A stretch of 64,000 bases of DNA from an uncultured Alphaproteobacteria bacterium (GCA_902526175.1 CABZJY010000001.1:66682-130681); one strand, 5' to 3'; positions 1 to 10,719 are shown, counted from the first letter of the stretch. Made by a program: numbers and translations. The notes: a model not told the origin generated them from the letters alone.

Positions 1-486
1 CGTACTCGCTTCGGTAAATTCTATTATTTTTTCAACTTTTTTCTTTGTATTTAAAACAACCCTACCATATTGTTTTGGATCCTTTGGTTTCATAGTTAGA
101 ATACACATATCAGATTTATTCTTTAATTTGTTTTCTAATTTTCTTAATGTAGCCAATTTTATTAAAGGCGTGTCACCATATAACACTAATACTTTTTTAA
201 CCTCATTTTTAAAATACGTTTTTGCTGAATCTAGGGCATTTGCTGTACCAAGTTGTCTTTTTTGGATGCAAAATTTTAAATCTGGAAATTTTTTTTTTAT
301 CTCTTTCTCATGACCTTTCATTGCTTCGGAAATTACAATTATTATTCTTTTGGGATTAAGTTGCTTTGCAGTATTTACGATATGATAAAGCATTGGAAAA
401 TTACCTATTTCATGAAAAACTTTATATTTTTCTGAGTTTAATCTCTTTCCTTTTCCTGCGGCTAAAATAATTACTGCTAGTGACAT
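1..486 (-). CDS. glmU: GlmU (GlcNAc-1-P uridyltransferase / GlcN-1-P acetyltransferase), N-terminal portion; the rest of the gene lies beyond the window start
   Basis: Absent from the ORF track because it runs off the window. My translation of the minus strand from the ATG at 486: MSLAVIILAAGKGKRLNSEKYKVFHEIGNFPMLYHIV...KRQLGTANALDSAK...VLVLYGDTPLI. LAAGKGxR, QxGTA and YGDxPL are GlmU-type nucleotidyltransferase motifs. Confidence 0.7.
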   Translation of the reverse strand, partial: MSLAVIILAAGKGKRLNSEKYKVFHEIGNFPMLYHIVNTAKQLNPKRIIIVISEAMKGHEKEIKKKFPDLKFCIQKRQLGTANALDSAKTYFKNEVKKVLVLYGDTPLIKLATLRKLENKLKNKSDMCILTMKPKDPKQYGRVVLNTKKKVEKIIEFTEAST

Positions 487-561
487 TAATTTTATTTATA
501 AAAATTTCATTATTGATAACACATCTTATACTATAAGATTAATTTTTGTTCTTAAATATTT

Positions 562-1215
562 ATGAAAAAAAAAATTGAATGTATTTTTTTTGATTTAGAC
601 GGTACATTGATTGAAAGTGGACCAGACCTACTTGATTCCCTCAACTATGTACTAATAAAAAATAAAATGCCAGAAATACCAAAAGGAATAATTGGTAATC
701 TCGTAGGGGGTGGGGCTGCAAACATGTTAAAAAAAGCATACAAACACTTTAATAAAGAAATCAATAAAAATGAAATGGATCTCTTAGTTTCTCAATTTCT
801 TGACTTTTATTCGATTAATTGCTCCAAAAAAACTACTTTGTATGAGGCTGTAGGATCAACACTAGAAAAATTAAAATTAAAAGGGATTGAAATGTGTATA
901 TGTACAAATAAAAAACAATACCTAGCTGAAAAAATCATTTTAGATCTTGGTGTAAATAATTTTTTTTCATTAATTTTAGGATCAACTCACGAAATGGAAT
1001 TAAAGCCTAATTCTGCAATGTTACGTTTTCTTATAAATAAGCTAAATTTAAATGTTGAAAATATTATGATGGTTGGTGACAGTGATAATGATATAATTCC
1101 ATCAAATGAACTTGGGATAACCTCAGTCTTTGTTGAATATGGGTACGGAGATTTTTTTAATTCAAAACCCACCCACAAAATTAAAAACTTTAAACAATTA
1201 TTAGATTTCTTTTAA
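562..1215 (+). CDS. HAD-superfamily hydrolase, phosphoglycolate phosphatase-like
   Basis: FFDLDGTLIES (HAD motif I) and MVGDSDNDI (motif IV); 217 aa. Confidence 0.65.
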   Translation: MKKKIECIFFDLDGTLIESGPDLLDSLNYVLIKNKMPEIPKGIIGNLVGGGAANMLKKAYKHFNKEINKNEMDLLVSQFLDFYSINCSKKTTLYEAVGSTLEKLKLKGIEMCICTNKKQYLAEKIILDLGVNNFFSLILGSTHEMELKPNSAMLRFLINKLNLNVENIMMVGDSDNDIIPSNELGITSVFVEYGYGDFFNSKPTHKIKNFKQLLDFF

Positions 1216-1337
1216 ATTTTTATTTTTTCAGTAAAAAAATTGTTTATTTCGCTTAAAACTGCAAATATGGTTATACAAGCGATAACTATAGCCAAAAAGC
1301 CTATTAAATACAGATATTTATGATATGTATTTTTCAT
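1212..1337 (-). CDS. Possible 41-aa single-pass membrane peptide
   Basis: My translation: MKNTYHKYLYLIGFLAIVIACITIFAVLSEINNFFTEKIKI, with a hydrophobic core. No other support. Confidence 0.2.
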   Translation of the reverse strand: MKNTYHKYLYLIGFLAIVIACITIFAVLSEINNFFTEKIKI

Positions 1338-1460
1338 AGTTTTATATTATAGATTTATTAAATTGAGTAAATTATTATAATTATTAAAGGTCCAAGTTTA
1401 TTAATAATTAAGATGATCATTATATCTATAGCCGAAAAAATTTATTAGAAAAAATTTACG

Positions 1461-2405
1461 ATGTGTGTTTTTAAAGAATCAGAGAAAGTTCTTGATAGAG
1501 CTGCAAAAATTTTATTGGAAGGAAAGGTCATAAGTGCAATGACAGAAACCGTTTACGGCCTACTTGGAAATGCTGAAGATCCTAGAGCTATAAAAGCAAT
1601 CTATGAATTTAAAAAAAGACCAATCTTTAATCCTTTGATAGTTCACGTAAATTCAATAAAAATGGCAAAAAGAATTGCTTGTTTTACAAAAGATGCTGAA
1701 AAACTGTCAAATAGTCTTTGGCCTGGTCCGCTCACATTAATCCTTAAAAAAAAAAAATCAAATATTTGTTCTACTGTTACTGCAAATTTGGAAACTATTG
1801 CAATTAGATTTGCAGATTCAAAAATATTCTCAAAAATTATCTCAAAAATTAATAAACCTATTGCTGCACCTTCTGCGAATATAAGTGGTTTTGTTTCATC
1901 TACAAAACCCTCACACGTTAAGAAATACTTTAAAAATAAAATAGACTTAATTATAGATTCTGGACAATCAAGATATGGAATTGAATCGACAGTGATTAAT
2001 CTTACAACTTGTCCATACCAAATTTTGAGATTGGGAATTATTGAAAAAAAAATAATTAAAGATCTATTAGGAAAGGATATAATTGAAATAACTAAACAAA
2101 ACAGCAAAATTTCCTCACCAGGACAATTATTAAAACATTATTCAACAAATACACCAATTAGAATGAATGCTAAAAAAAAACTTAAAGGAGAGGCATTTTT
2201 AGGTTTTGGCGAAAAACAAAATGAAGAAAAAATAAACCTAAATTTATCTAAAGATTCAAACTTAAATGAAGCAGCATTTAATTTGTTTGATTATTTAATT
2301 AAATTGGACAAATTAAATATGAGAAAGATAGCAATTTCACCAATTCCTGATATAGGTTTAGGAAGAGTAATTAATGATAAACTTAAAAGAGCATCTAAAA
2401 AATGA
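1461..2405 (+). CDS. tsaC: L-threonylcarbamoyladenylate synthase (Sua5/YwlC/TsaC family, long form)
   Basis: TETVYGLLGNA, KKRPIFNPLIVHV and APSANISG motifs; 314 aa with a C-terminal Sua5-type extension. Confidence 0.7.
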   Translation: MCVFKESEKVLDRAAKILLEGKVISAMTETVYGLLGNAEDPRAIKAIYEFKKRPIFNPLIVHVNSIKMAKRIACFTKDAEKLSNSLWPGPLTLILKKKKSNICSTVTANLETIAIRFADSKIFSKIISKINKPIAAPSANISGFVSSTKPSHVKKYFKNKIDLIIDSGQSRYGIESTVINLTTCPYQILRLGIIEKKIIKDLLGKDIIEITKQNSKISSPGQLLKHYSTNTPIRMNAKKKLKGEAFLGFGEKQNEEKINLNLSKDSNLNEAAFNLFDYLIKLDKLNMRKIAISPIPDIGLGRVINDKLKRASKK

Positions 2406-3808
2406 ATGAGCAGTTAACCTATTTAATACAAAATCTTGATCAAAACGAATATTCCTATGAATCGGAAGTAATCTCTAATCATTCAATTGATTGGAGAAAA
2501 AATTTTAACGGCAATGCCTCCATAGTAATATTTCCAAAATCAGTGGATAAGTTGGTTAATGTAATAAAAAAATGTAATGAAAAAAAAATATCAGTTATTC
2601 CTCAGGGTGGAAACACTAGTTTGGTTGGCGGTTCAGTACCACTCGAAAATTCAAAAATGCTTCAAATAATTATTAATTTCAAAAAGTTAAATAAAATCAT
2701 TAATCTTGACCCTAATAGTTTTAGCATTCAAATTGAATCAGGATGCATACTAGAAGATATTCAACATTTTCTTTCAAAAAAAAATTTTTACTTCCCGTTA
2801 TCAATTGGATCAAGAGGAAATTGCCAAATTGGAGGAAATATTTCTTCACATGCAGGTGGAACGAACGTAATAAAATATGGAACGTTACGTTCAAATATTT
2901 TAGGCCTAGAAGCTGTAATGGCCGATGGCAGTTTTTTTTCAAGTATGAAAAATGTTAGAAAAGATAATACTGGTTACGACTTAAAACAATTACTTATTGG
3001 TTCTGAAGGTACTCTTGGTTTAATTACAGCAGCTAATATTCGAGTTTTTCCTAAACCCTTAGAAACAAGAGTAGTTTTTGGTACATTTTCTAATATAGAA
3101 GATTTATTAAATTTTTATTCTAAGATTAGAATTAATTATCACGACTTATTAACAAGTTTTGAACTAGTAAATAGTGAAGCAATGGAACTAGTGATTCAAA
3201 AAAATAACAAAAAAAGAATATTAAAGAAAAATAATTTTTATTGTTTAATTGAACTTTCTAATTTTACTCATAACGTTGACTTTTTTGGAAAAATTGAAGA
3301 TTTCTTTTTTGAAAGTTTGGAGGATTCCGAAGATTTTATCTTTTCAAAATCTTATGAAGAAAATAAGCAACTATGGGATTATAGAGAATTAATTCCAATT
3401 GCAGAAACGAAATTAGAATTCTGCATTAATCATGATATTTCAATTCCATTAGATAAAATTAGCAGTTTTATAAAAAAAACAGAAAAGGAAATTTCATTAA
3501 TTGATAAATGTTTTAGAATAATTAACTTTGGGCATATTGGAGATAATAATCTTCATTACAATATATTTTCAACCGATGATAAAAAAAATGAAAAATTAAA
3601 GCAAAAGCAATCAGTTATTAACAAAATTATTTTTGAAAATGTAAGTAATCATGGTGGAAGTTTTAGCGCCGAACATGGTGTGGGACAATTACGAATAGAC
3701 GAATTAAAAAGATACAAGACCAGTTTTGAAGTGGAACAAATGAGAAAAATAAAAAAAATATTTGACCCTAACAATATATTAAATCCAAATAAGTTATTTA
3801 AAAATTAA
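2402..3808 (+). CDS. FAD-linked oxidase (GlcD / D-2-hydroxyacid dehydrogenase family)
   Basis: PQGGNTSLVGGSVP FAD-binding motif and C-terminal HGGSFSAEHGVG; ATGA overlap with the upstream gene. Confidence 0.65.
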   Translation: MNEQLTYLIQNLDQNEYSYESEVISNHSIDWRKNFNGNASIVIFPKSVDKLVNVIKKCNEKKISVIPQGGNTSLVGGSVPLENSKMLQIIINFKKLNKIINLDPNSFSIQIESGCILEDIQHFLSKKNFYFPLSIGSRGNCQIGGNISSHAGGTNVIKYGTLRSNILGLEAVMADGSFFSSMKNVRKDNTGYDLKQLLIGSEGTLGLITAANIRVFPKPLETRVVFGTFSNIEDLLNFYSKIRINYHDLLTSFELVNSEAMELVIQKNNKKRILKKNNFYCLIELSNFTHNVDFFGKIEDFFFESLEDSEDFIFSKSYEENKQLWDYRELIPIAETKLEFCINHDISIPLDKISSFIKKTEKEISLIDKCFRIINFGHIGDNNLHYNIFSTDDKKNEKLKQKQSVINKIIFENVSNHGGSFSAEHGVGQLRIDELKRYKTSFEVEQMRKIKKIFDPNNILNPNKLFKN

Positions 3809-4699
3809 TTCTTTATATATTTTATTAGCTTCCTCACATGTTTTAATAATATCACTATTTATACCTACTAAACCTCTAAGGTAATAATAAAACCATTTCG
3901 AGAAATAAGAAAGACCAAGTTGTTTTCTTGCAAATCTCCAAGCTCTTCCAGTTAATCTTCTTTGAGCTTTCAATAATGTAATATTAGATAATTTATTATC
4001 TTTTATGAAAAGTTCTAAGGCTTTTGAAACCCTATAAATTTGCTCAGTTTTATTTTCAGATATTTGACCAGGAGCAAACAATGGCAAAACAGTTACAAAG
4101 TCGTCTATTTTAAGAAATTTGCCTTTTAAAGCTAATCTTAATGTCAAAGAATATTCTTGGCTATATTTAATTCTTTCATCGCACCCACCAACTTTTTTAC
4201 ACATGTCAGTTTTTACAAGGAACTGTGAGGGATTAAACATTGAGTTTCTCATTGCAAGATTTATTGGTTTATTAATAATCTTGTAGTTTGCACTTATCTT
4301 ACCTTCTAATTTTACTTTTGAAATATCTTTAATCTTCCGTTGTAATCCGTAAACTAAAACAGCGTCTCTATTTGCCTCTATAGTTTTTAACAGCATTAAT
4401 GTAGAATTTTCTAATAGAACATCATCGGCATCTAAAAATTTAATATATTTATTTTGCGCTTTTCTGATTCCTACATTTGTTGCATTTGCTGAGCCCTTAT
4501 TTCTTTGGTCGATTATAAAACAGTTTTTCCAATTTTTGGTATATGTCTTTAAAATATTCAGTGATTTGTCTGTTGATCCATCGTTAACAAAGATATACTC
4601 TTTTTTAAAATTGCCTTTTTGTTTTTCTAATGATTTTAGAACATATCTTAGATAATTTGATTTATTAAATACTGGTACTACAAATGAAACAGATGACAT
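3794..4699 (-). CDS. Glycosyltransferase family 2
   Basis: VSFVVPVFNKSNYL, FVNDGSTD and LDADD motifs. Confidence 0.7.
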   Translation of the reverse strand: MSSVSFVVPVFNKSNYLRYVLKSLEKQKGNFKKEYIFVNDGSTDKSLNILKTYTKNWKNCFIIDQRNKGSANATNVGIRKAQNKYIKFLDADDVLLENSTLMLLKTIEANRDAVLVYGLQRKIKDISKVKLEGKISANYKIINKPINLAMRNSMFNPSQFLVKTDMCKKVGGCDERIKYSQEYSLTLRLALKGKFLKIDDFVTVLPLFAPGQISENKTEQIYRVSKALELFIKDNKLSNITLLKAQRRLTGRAWRFARKQLGLSYFSKWFYYYLRGLVGINSDIIKTCEEANKIYKELIFK

Positions 4700-5401
4700 C
4701 TAATTTTTAAAATCTATTAATTCCGCACTATAAAACATATTCCCGAAAGCCGAGGCATTTGTAGACTCAAGTCTTTCTTCTTTTACAAGGCCAACGCCAG
4801 GACAAAGCCATTCCTTTGTTTTAATTTCAATCGGAATTGGGCCTGATCTGGTATCAGCAATAAATTCCGACTTCCCAGTTCCAGTAATAAAAATACAGTT
4901 CTTAAATTTATTTCCTTGTACTTCAACTGTGAGATCTCTTTTTTCTATCAAATAATCAATATCAAAAACAGCAGATGGAATAAATCCTCGAAGTGGGGGT
5001 TGAAATCCCCGTGTTATAAAAAGCTGACTTACTGCTTTCCAATTATTTTTATGAAACAATATTGATGGATAAATTATTTTTTTTACTGGTTCATCTAATC
5101 CGTCCGAAGATTTAAATAAAGCACCTGTTCTTAAAAGAGAATTATTTTTTTTTTCTTTAAGAAAAGAAACTATATTTCCGTTTGAATAAAGTTTTGAAAA
5201 TGCAACCCCCTCTTTATTGATAAACAATGATGAATTTGTAATTGATAATCTTTTTTTTTCTTCAATACCAGTATAATTTGATTTAAATACTATTTTATAA
5301 TTCCAATGTAAACCTTGTTCATGAGGAAAATAACTATAGTCTGATTTGCAGCCTATCATAAACAATAATAAGATATACATTTGTATGAATTTTGTTTTCA
5401 T
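4700..5401 (-). CDS. Putative lipoprotein of unknown function (paralog of 32133-32846)
   Basis: Signal peptide with lipobox LFMIGC. Shares the blocks YFP..G..W.Y, FKNCI.I.G.G and EW..P..GL.K with the 32133-32846 product. Confidence 0.5.
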   Translation of the reverse strand: MKTKFIQMYILLLFMIGCKSDYSYFPHEQGLHWNYKIVFKSNYTGIEEKKRLSITNSSLFINKEGVAFSKLYSNGNIVSFLKEKKNNSLLRTGALFKSSDGLDEPVKKIIYPSILFHKNNWKAVSQLFITRGFQPPLRGFIPSAVFDIDYLIEKRDLTVEVQGNKFKNCIFITGTGKSEFIADTRSGPIPIEIKTKEWLCPGVGLVKEERLESTNASAFGNMFYSAELIDFKN

Positions 5402-5405
5402 GAGG

Positions 5406-5478
5406 TGCCCAGGGGAGGAATTGAACCACCGACACAGCGATTTTCAGTCGCTTGCTCTACCAACTGAGCTACCTGGGC
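5406..5478 (-). tRNA. tRNA-Phe (anticodon GAA)
   Basis: Reverse complement GCCCAGGTAGCTCAGTTGGTAGAGCAAGCGACTGAAAATCGCTGTGTCGGTGGTTCAATTCCTCCCCTGGGCA folds as a cloverleaf: acceptor GCCCAGG/CCTGGGC, anticodon loop CTGAAAA, T-loop TTCAATT. There is one U-U mismatch in the T stem. Confidence 0.9.
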
Positions 5479-5534
5479 TAAGAAGAATAATATAGAAATA
5501 TATACTACTATTAAAAAAAAAAAACATAAAATTA

Positions 5535-6119
5535 TCATCTTGTCCATCCTAGCCCTTTCAACATTAATAATACATCAAAAATAGACAAACCAACAACATT
5601 GAAATATGATCCCTTAATTTTTGAAACCAAACTAGCACCATAACCTTGAATAGCATATCCTCCTGCTTTTCCAATTCCTTCATTAATTAGATCATCATTA
5701 TTAAAATCATTTTTAAAAAGTCTTCTAAAAAAAACTTCGGTTTTAACTACTCTGTTAGATATAGAACCATCTGGAGCTATAACACAAATTCCTCCATAAA
5801 CTAAATGTTTTTTCCCAGATAATTGATTTAAATACTCCTTGACTAAATTTTTATCATTAGTCTTTTCAAATATACTATTTCCTCTAGCCACTGCAGTGTC
5901 TGCGGATATTACGAATTTATTATTTTGAACCTTTTTTTTAATATTCATTGCTTTATGGTATGATAATTTTTTTACCATTTTTGTTGGCTTAAGGTCTAAA
6001 TAGTCCTTCTCATTTATATTATGAGGAATTATTTCATATGGCTCAATCTGAATTTGCTTTAATAATTTTACTCGTCTGGGAGACGAGGAAGCGAGAATTA
6101 TTTTTGATTCAATAACCAA
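5535..6119 (-). CDS. maf: Maf-like nucleoside triphosphate pyrophosphatase (septum formation protein)
   Basis: IILASSSPRRVKLL, ISADT and GKAGGYAIQG motifs; 194 aa. Confidence 0.8.
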   Translation of the reverse strand: MVIESKIILASSSPRRVKLLKQIQIEPYEIIPHNINEKDYLDLKPTKMVKKLSYHKAMNIKKKVQNNKFVISADTAVARGNSIFEKTNDKNLVKEYLNQLSGKKHLVYGGICVIAPDGSISNRVVKTEVFFRRLFKNDFNNDDLINEGIGKAGGYAIQGYGASLVSKIKGSYFNVVGLSIFDVLLMLKGLGWTR

Positions 6120-6126
6120 CTAAAAT

Positions 6127-6345
6127 TTATTTAAATCTAAATGTTATTCTACCCTTTGTAAGATCATAAGGGGTCATTTCAACTGTTACTCTGTCACCAG
6201 CTAGTACCCTTATTCTAAATTTTCTCATTTTACCAGCAGTATGAGCTATGATCTCATGATTGTTATCCAAAAGGACTCTAAACATTGCATTAGGCAGTAA
6301 TTCTTTAACAATGCCGTTAAATTCCATTACTTCTTCTTTTGCCAT
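6127..6345 (-). CDS. infA: Translation initiation factor IF-1
   Basis: [72 protein letters not shown] is near-canonical IF-1. I place the start at the internal Met of the 89-aa track ORF. Confidence 0.9.
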   Translation of the reverse strand: MAKEEVMEFNGIVKELLPNAMFRVLLDNNHEIIAHTAGKMRKFRIRVLAGDRVTVEMTPYDLTKGRITFRFK

Positions 6346-6396
6346 ATATAAATACTCCCTTAAGATTTTAACTTCTAACAAATAAAGGTCATACAA

Positions 6397-7722
6397 TCAA
6401 TTTTTATTTAACCTTTTATAAATAGATCTTGCATGTGCTCCAAGGCCTTCCTCATTAGCTAATGTAATAGCATCTGGACCAATTTTGTTAATACTTTCTT
6501 TACTACATTCCACTAAAGAAGTTCTCTTCATAAAATCAAGAACATTTAAACCAGATGAAAATTTTGCTGTCTTGTCAGTGGGAAGAACATGATTTGGTCC
6601 AGCAATGTAGTCGCCTATTGCTTCTGGCGAAAATTTTCCTAAAAAAATTGCACCTGCATTTTTTATTTTTTTAAGTAGTTTACTAGGTTTCTGAACTGAA
6701 ATTTCTAAATGTTCTGGAGCTATCTCATTAACTAACGTGTGAGAATCATTAATATTTTTCATAACAATCACACAACCAAAGTTTTTCCAACTTTTCTCAG
6801 CTATATTTCTTCTTTTAAGTGTTTTCAATTCTGATTCAACATGTTTTAAGACTTTTTTAGCGAATTTTTCAGAATCTGTGATTAATATAGCTTGAGCGTT
6901 TTCATCATGTTCTGCTTGGGATAATAAATCAATTGCTATGTGACTTGGGTCATTAGTTTTGTCAGCTACAACTAAAATTTCAGAAGGACCAGCAATCATG
7001 TCAATACCTACATCCCCAAAAACTTTTTTCTTGGCTGATGCTACATAGGCATTACCTGGTCCAAAAATCTTGTTCACCTTTTTAATACTTTCAGTACCAA
7101 AAGCCAATGCTGCAATAGCTTGGGCACCACCAATTTTGTAAATTTCTTCAATTTTAAGTATTTCTGCAACGGCAAGTACAACAGGATTAATCTTACCACC
7201 CATTGCTGGGCAAACCATTACAATTCTCTCCACACCAGCTACAATAGCTGGAACAGCATTCATTATAACTGAAGATGGGTATGATGCACTTCCTCCTGGA
7301 ACATATAGACCGACTGAATCAATTGCTGACCATCTACTTCCAAGTTTAACACCTTGACTGTCAGTGTAATAAAAATCTTTTGGTAATTGTTTTGCATGAT
7401 AATTTTTTATTCTAAAAGCTGCTTTCTTGAGTGCTTTTATTACATCATGGGAGATTAATGACTTTGCTCTTTTTATTTCTTTTTTACTTACGATCAAATC
7501 TTTAAATTTTATAGCTGGGTTTTTGTCATATTTTCTTGTTAATTCAAGCAAAGACTTCTCGGAACCTTTTTTCACACTGTCAATAATTTTTTCAACAGTA
7601 TTGTCAATCGCTTGGTCAGAGTGTTCTCTTTTTTTTAAAATCTTCAAAAAATTATTTTGGAAATTTTTACTGTTTTGAAATATTATTTTACTCAATTTTG
7701 GCAACCTCAAATTTTTTAACAA
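6397..7722 (-). CDS. hisD: Histidinol dehydrogenase
   Basis: SQAEHDENAQ, GDYIAGPNHVLPT and GLGAHARS motifs; sits downstream of hisG. Confidence 0.9.
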   Translation of the reverse strand: MLKNLRLPKLSKIIFQNSKNFQNNFLKILKKREHSDQAIDNTVEKIIDSVKKGSEKSLLELTRKYDKNPAIKFKDLIVSKKEIKRAKSLISHDVIKALKKAAFRIKNYHAKQLPKDFYYTDSQGVKLGSRWSAIDSVGLYVPGGSASYPSSVIMNAVPAIVAGVERIVMVCPAMGGKINPVVLAVAEILKIEEIYKIGGAQAIAALAFGTESIKKVNKIFGPGNAYVASAKKKVFGDVGIDMIAGPSEILVVADKTNDPSHIAIDLLSQAEHDENAQAILITDSEKFAKKVLKHVESELKTLKRRNIAEKSWKNFGCVIVMKNINDSHTLVNEIAPEHLEISVQKPSKLLKKIKNAGAIFLGKFSPEAIGDYIAGPNHVLPTDKTAKFSSGLNVLDFMKRTSLVECSKESINKIGPDAITLANEEGLGAHARSIYKRLNKN

Positions 7723-8335
7723 TTTGTTGTAATTCTTTATTCATTAATTTAAAAGCAATTTTGTTAGTTATAAGCTTTGCTGTAATATTCATCAATACTT
7801 CTTGCTCGACTAAATCATTTTCATATAAAGTTTTACCTGTTGATACCAAATCGACTATATAATCACATATACCTAGTTTTGGAGCTAGTTCAATAGCTCC
7901 ATTTAATTTTATACACTCAGCCCTCACACCTTTAGATGCAAAATAATTAATTACAGTATCTTTATATTTTGTGGCAACTGTAATATTACCAAGTTTTTTT
8001 TCTTCAAAATCCAAATTGTTTTTTTGTTTGGCTAATGATAACTTACATTTACCAATATCTAAGTCTAATATTGAATAGATTTCTTCATAGTTAAACTCTT
8101 TTAAAACATCGTCTCCTGCAACTCCAATTTGTGCAGCACCAAAGGCAACAAAAGTAGCAACATCAAATGCTCTGACTCTTATAATTTCAAAATTTGGTAG
8201 ACTTGTTTTAAATATTAGTTTTCTTGAACTAGTATTAAAAAATTCTTTTTCGGGTACTATTTCTGCTTTTTTCATTAAAGGCAATAGATCATCAAGTATT
8301 CTACCTTTGGGAACTGCAAAAATTATCTTTTTCAT
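7688..8335 (-). CDS. hisG: ATP phosphoribosyltransferase (short form)
   Basis: AVPKGRILDD and DLVSTGKTL motifs; 215 aa; adjacent to hisD. Confidence 0.85.
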   Translation of the reverse strand: MKKIIFAVPKGRILDDLLPLMKKAEIVPEKEFFNTSSRKLIFKTSLPNFEIIRVRAFDVATFVAFGAAQIGVAGDDVLKEFNYEEIYSILDLDIGKCKLSLAKQKNNLDFEEKKLGNITVATKYKDTVINYFASKGVRAECIKLNGAIELAPKLGICDYIVDLVSTGKTLYENDLVEQEVLMNITAKLITNKIAFKLMNKELQQIVKKFEVAKIE

Positions 8336-8344
8336 AGATTAAAA

Positions 8345-9607
8345 CTATATTCTTTTTATCTCAGCGCAACAAGATGATAGTTTTTCAACAAGATTTTCAT
8401 ATCCTCTATCAAGATGATATATTCTATTGATTGTTGTTAAGCCGTCAGCCATCAAACCGGCGATAATTAAAGATGAAGAAGCTCTTAAATCTGTTGCCAT
8501 TACTTCTGCTCCATTGAGTTTTTTTTTACCAACAATAATAGCATTTGAACCTTTTAAACTTATGTCTGCGCCCATCCTGATTAGTTCTTGTACGTGCATA
8601 AATCTGTTTTCAAAAATTGTTTCTTCTATTTTTGTTTTACAATCTGAAATACTCATTGCTGCCATTAATTGAGCCTGTAAATCAGTAGGAAATCCAGGAA
8701 AAATATCTGTTTTAATTTTTAAATTTTTTTTTACTCTTTTCATACACAAAACCTCTAGCATTGTTTTATCTTTTGAAATTTTAAAATGCAATTCAGAAAT
8801 TGAGGAAAAAATATTAATCAAATGTTTAATTAAATCTATGTTTAAATTAGTTAGCTTTATTTTTCCTTTACAACCAAGAACAGCAAGTATATATGTTCCA
8901 GCTTCAATTCTGTCAGGCATTACAGAAAATTTTCCACCTATTAATTTTTTTTTACCAATTATTTTTAATGTGCGAGAACCAATTCCATAAATTTCTGCCC
9001 CAATCGCATTCAGAAAGTTTGCCAAATCAGAAATTTCTGGTTCAATTGCTGCATTTTTAATAACAGTTTGACCATTTGCAAGAGTTGCTGCCATTAGTAT
9101 ATTTTCAGTTGCACCTACAGAACTAAAAGGCATTTTTATTTCAGCACCTTTTAGCAACCCTTCAACTTTACCGATTACGTAACCATCTTTGATCTCAAAG
9201 TTTACACCCATCTTTTTAAGACATTCTAAATGAATATTTATTGGACGAGCTCCTATTGCACATCCACCTGGTAAAGAAACTTTAGCATATGAATACCTAG
9301 CTAGTAGTGGTCCTAAAACTAAAAATGACGCCCTCATTTTTCTAACTAAATTATATGAAGCAACACAACTTTCAGGTTGCCCGGATTTAATTTTGATAAA
9401 TTCTTTAGTCTGAAGAATAGTTGAGTTAAGACTTTCCAACAATTTTAGCATAGATTGTGAATCTGAAAGATTAGGAATGTTTTTTAGTATTATTTTGTTT
9501 TTTGATAATAATGTAGCCGCCAGAATTGGTAATGCAGAATTTTTTGATCCACTGATTCTTATTTTTCCACTCAGTGTTTTCCCGCCAGAAATTATTATTT
9601 TTTCCAT
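8345..9607 (-). CDS. murA: UDP-N-acetylglucosamine 1-carboxyvinyltransferase
   Basis: ISGSKNSALPILAATLL, LPGGCAIGARPI and DLRASSSLIIAGL motifs; 420 aa. Confidence 0.9.
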   Translation of the reverse strand: MEKIIISGGKTLSGKIRISGSKNSALPILAATLLSKNKIILKNIPNLSDSQSMLKLLESLNSTILQTKEFIKIKSGQPESCVASYNLVRKMRASFLVLGPLLARYSYAKVSLPGGCAIGARPINIHLECLKKMGVNFEIKDGYVIGKVEGLLKGAEIKMPFSSVGATENILMAATLANGQTVIKNAAIEPEISDLANFLNAIGAEIYGIGSRTLKIIGKKKLIGGKFSVMPDRIEAGTYILAVLGCKGKIKLTNLNIDLIKHLINIFSSISELHFKISKDKTMLEVLCMKRVKKNLKIKTDIFPGFPTDLQAQLMAAMSISDCKTKIEETIFENRFMHVQELIRMGADISLKGSNAIIVGKKKLNGAEVMATDLRASSSLIIAGLMADGLTTINRIYHLDRGYENLVEKLSSCCAEIKRI

Positions 9608-9611
9608 AAAT

Positions 9612-10166
9612 TTATAGTTTTGGAAGCGTTACACCTAATTGCTTCATATATTTTCCTTTTCTATCTGCATATGATTTTTCACATATTTCCTCACCTTTAA
9701 AAAAAAGAAATTGAGCAGCACCTTCATTGGCGTAAATTTTTGCTGGAAGTGGTGTTGTATTTGAAAATTCTAGCGTTACATGTCCTTCCCATTCAGGTTC
9801 TAGTGGTGTAACATTAACTATAATCCCACATCTTGCATATGTTGATTTACCAACACAAATGACCAAAACTTCTCTTGGAATTCGAAAATATTCTACTGTT
9901 CTTGCAAGTACAAAGCTATTTGGAGGAATCATACAGTAATCTGACTCTCTATCAACAAAACTTGATTTTTGAAATTTTTTTGGATCAACAGTTGCTGAAT
10001 CTACATTAGTAAAAATTTTAAAACTATTTGAAACTCTAGCATCATAACCGTAGGACGACAAACCGTATGATAAAACATTTTTTTTAATTAACTTATCTTC
10101 AAAAGGTTGAATCATCTTTTTTTCTAAAGCTTGTTTTTTTATCCATTTATCATTCATTATCGCCAT
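9612..10166 (-). CDS. dcd: dCTP deaminase
   Basis: [10 protein letters not shown] and [23 protein letters not shown] motifs; 184 aa. Confidence 0.85.
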   Translation of the reverse strand: MAIMNDKWIKKQALEKKMIQPFEDKLIKKNVLSYGLSSYGYDARVSNSFKIFTNVDSATVDPKKFQKSSFVDRESDYCMIPPNSFVLARTVEYFRIPREVLVICVGKSTYARCGIIVNVTPLEPEWEGHVTLEFSNTTPLPAKIYANEGAAQFLFFKGEEICEKSYADRKGKYMKQLGVTLPKL

Positions 10167-10168
10167 AA

Positions 10169-10261
10169 TTAATTCTTCCTCTTGCGTCTTTTAAGATTTT
10201 CTCTTAAAGCTTGTGCCCTTTTCTCATCTTTTTGTTTTTGTGTAATTTTTTTTTTATTCAT
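10169..10261 (-). CDS. Possible 30-aa highly basic peptide
   Basis: My translation: [30 protein letters not shown]. It lies 2 nt upstream of the dcd start. No further support. Confidence 0.25.
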   Translation of the reverse strand: MNKKKITQKQKDEKRAQALRENLKRRKRKN

Positions 10262-10286
10262 TATCCTTAATACTAAAAAATAATTT

Positions 10287-10631
10287 TCACAGATCTGTAT
10301 ATTTTTTTGAATTACCTTTAGACAGATTTACAGGATATTTTTTTTTATTCTTTTCAATTTTTTTTAAACATGCCTTTTCTAAATCTATCTCAGCCAAATC
10401 AGAAAATCTTAACAAATATAGCATAATATCAGCAACCTCATCAGAAACATTTTCTTTAAGTTTATTTTGTTTAATATCCAAACTTGAGAGATCTTGCCAT
10501 TGAAAGATTTCTAATAATTCACTTGACTCAATACTAATCGAACATGCAAGGTTTTTTAAAGTATGAAATTTATTCCATTCGCGATCATTTGAAAACTGAC
10601 GCAGAAGAAATTTTAATTTTTTACAATCCAT
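10287..10631 (-). CDS. MazG-like nucleotide pyrophosphohydrolase
   Basis: REWNKFHTLKNL, ESSELLEIFQW and EVADIMLYLLRFSD follow the MazG/dCTPase helical-bundle pattern; 114 aa. Confidence 0.65.
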   Translation of the reverse strand: MDCKKLKFLLRQFSNDREWNKFHTLKNLACSISIESSELLEIFQWQDLSSLDIKQNKLKENVSDEVADIMLYLLRFSDLAEIDLEKACLKKIEKNKKKYPVNLSKGNSKKYTDL

Positions 10632-10719
10632 TATTCACTCATTTCTAAAACTTAGATATTTTTTTTATATTTTTGTAAAATTACTATATTATATCACATT
10701 TTAGGGTTATTATTTTTTT

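Noticed and set aside
128-313. The track ORF at 128-313 (+).
   Set aside because: It lies entirely within the minus-strand glmU coding region, which has strong motif support.
6346-6396. The N-terminal extension of infA (89-aa track ORF). The same applies to glyS (25580-25612) and ilvI (44131-44148).
   Set aside because: The canonical protein N-termini begin at the internal Met codons (MAKEEV..., MTELLLEIYGEEIP..., MKKKYTGAELV...). The extensions would overlap the upstream genes.
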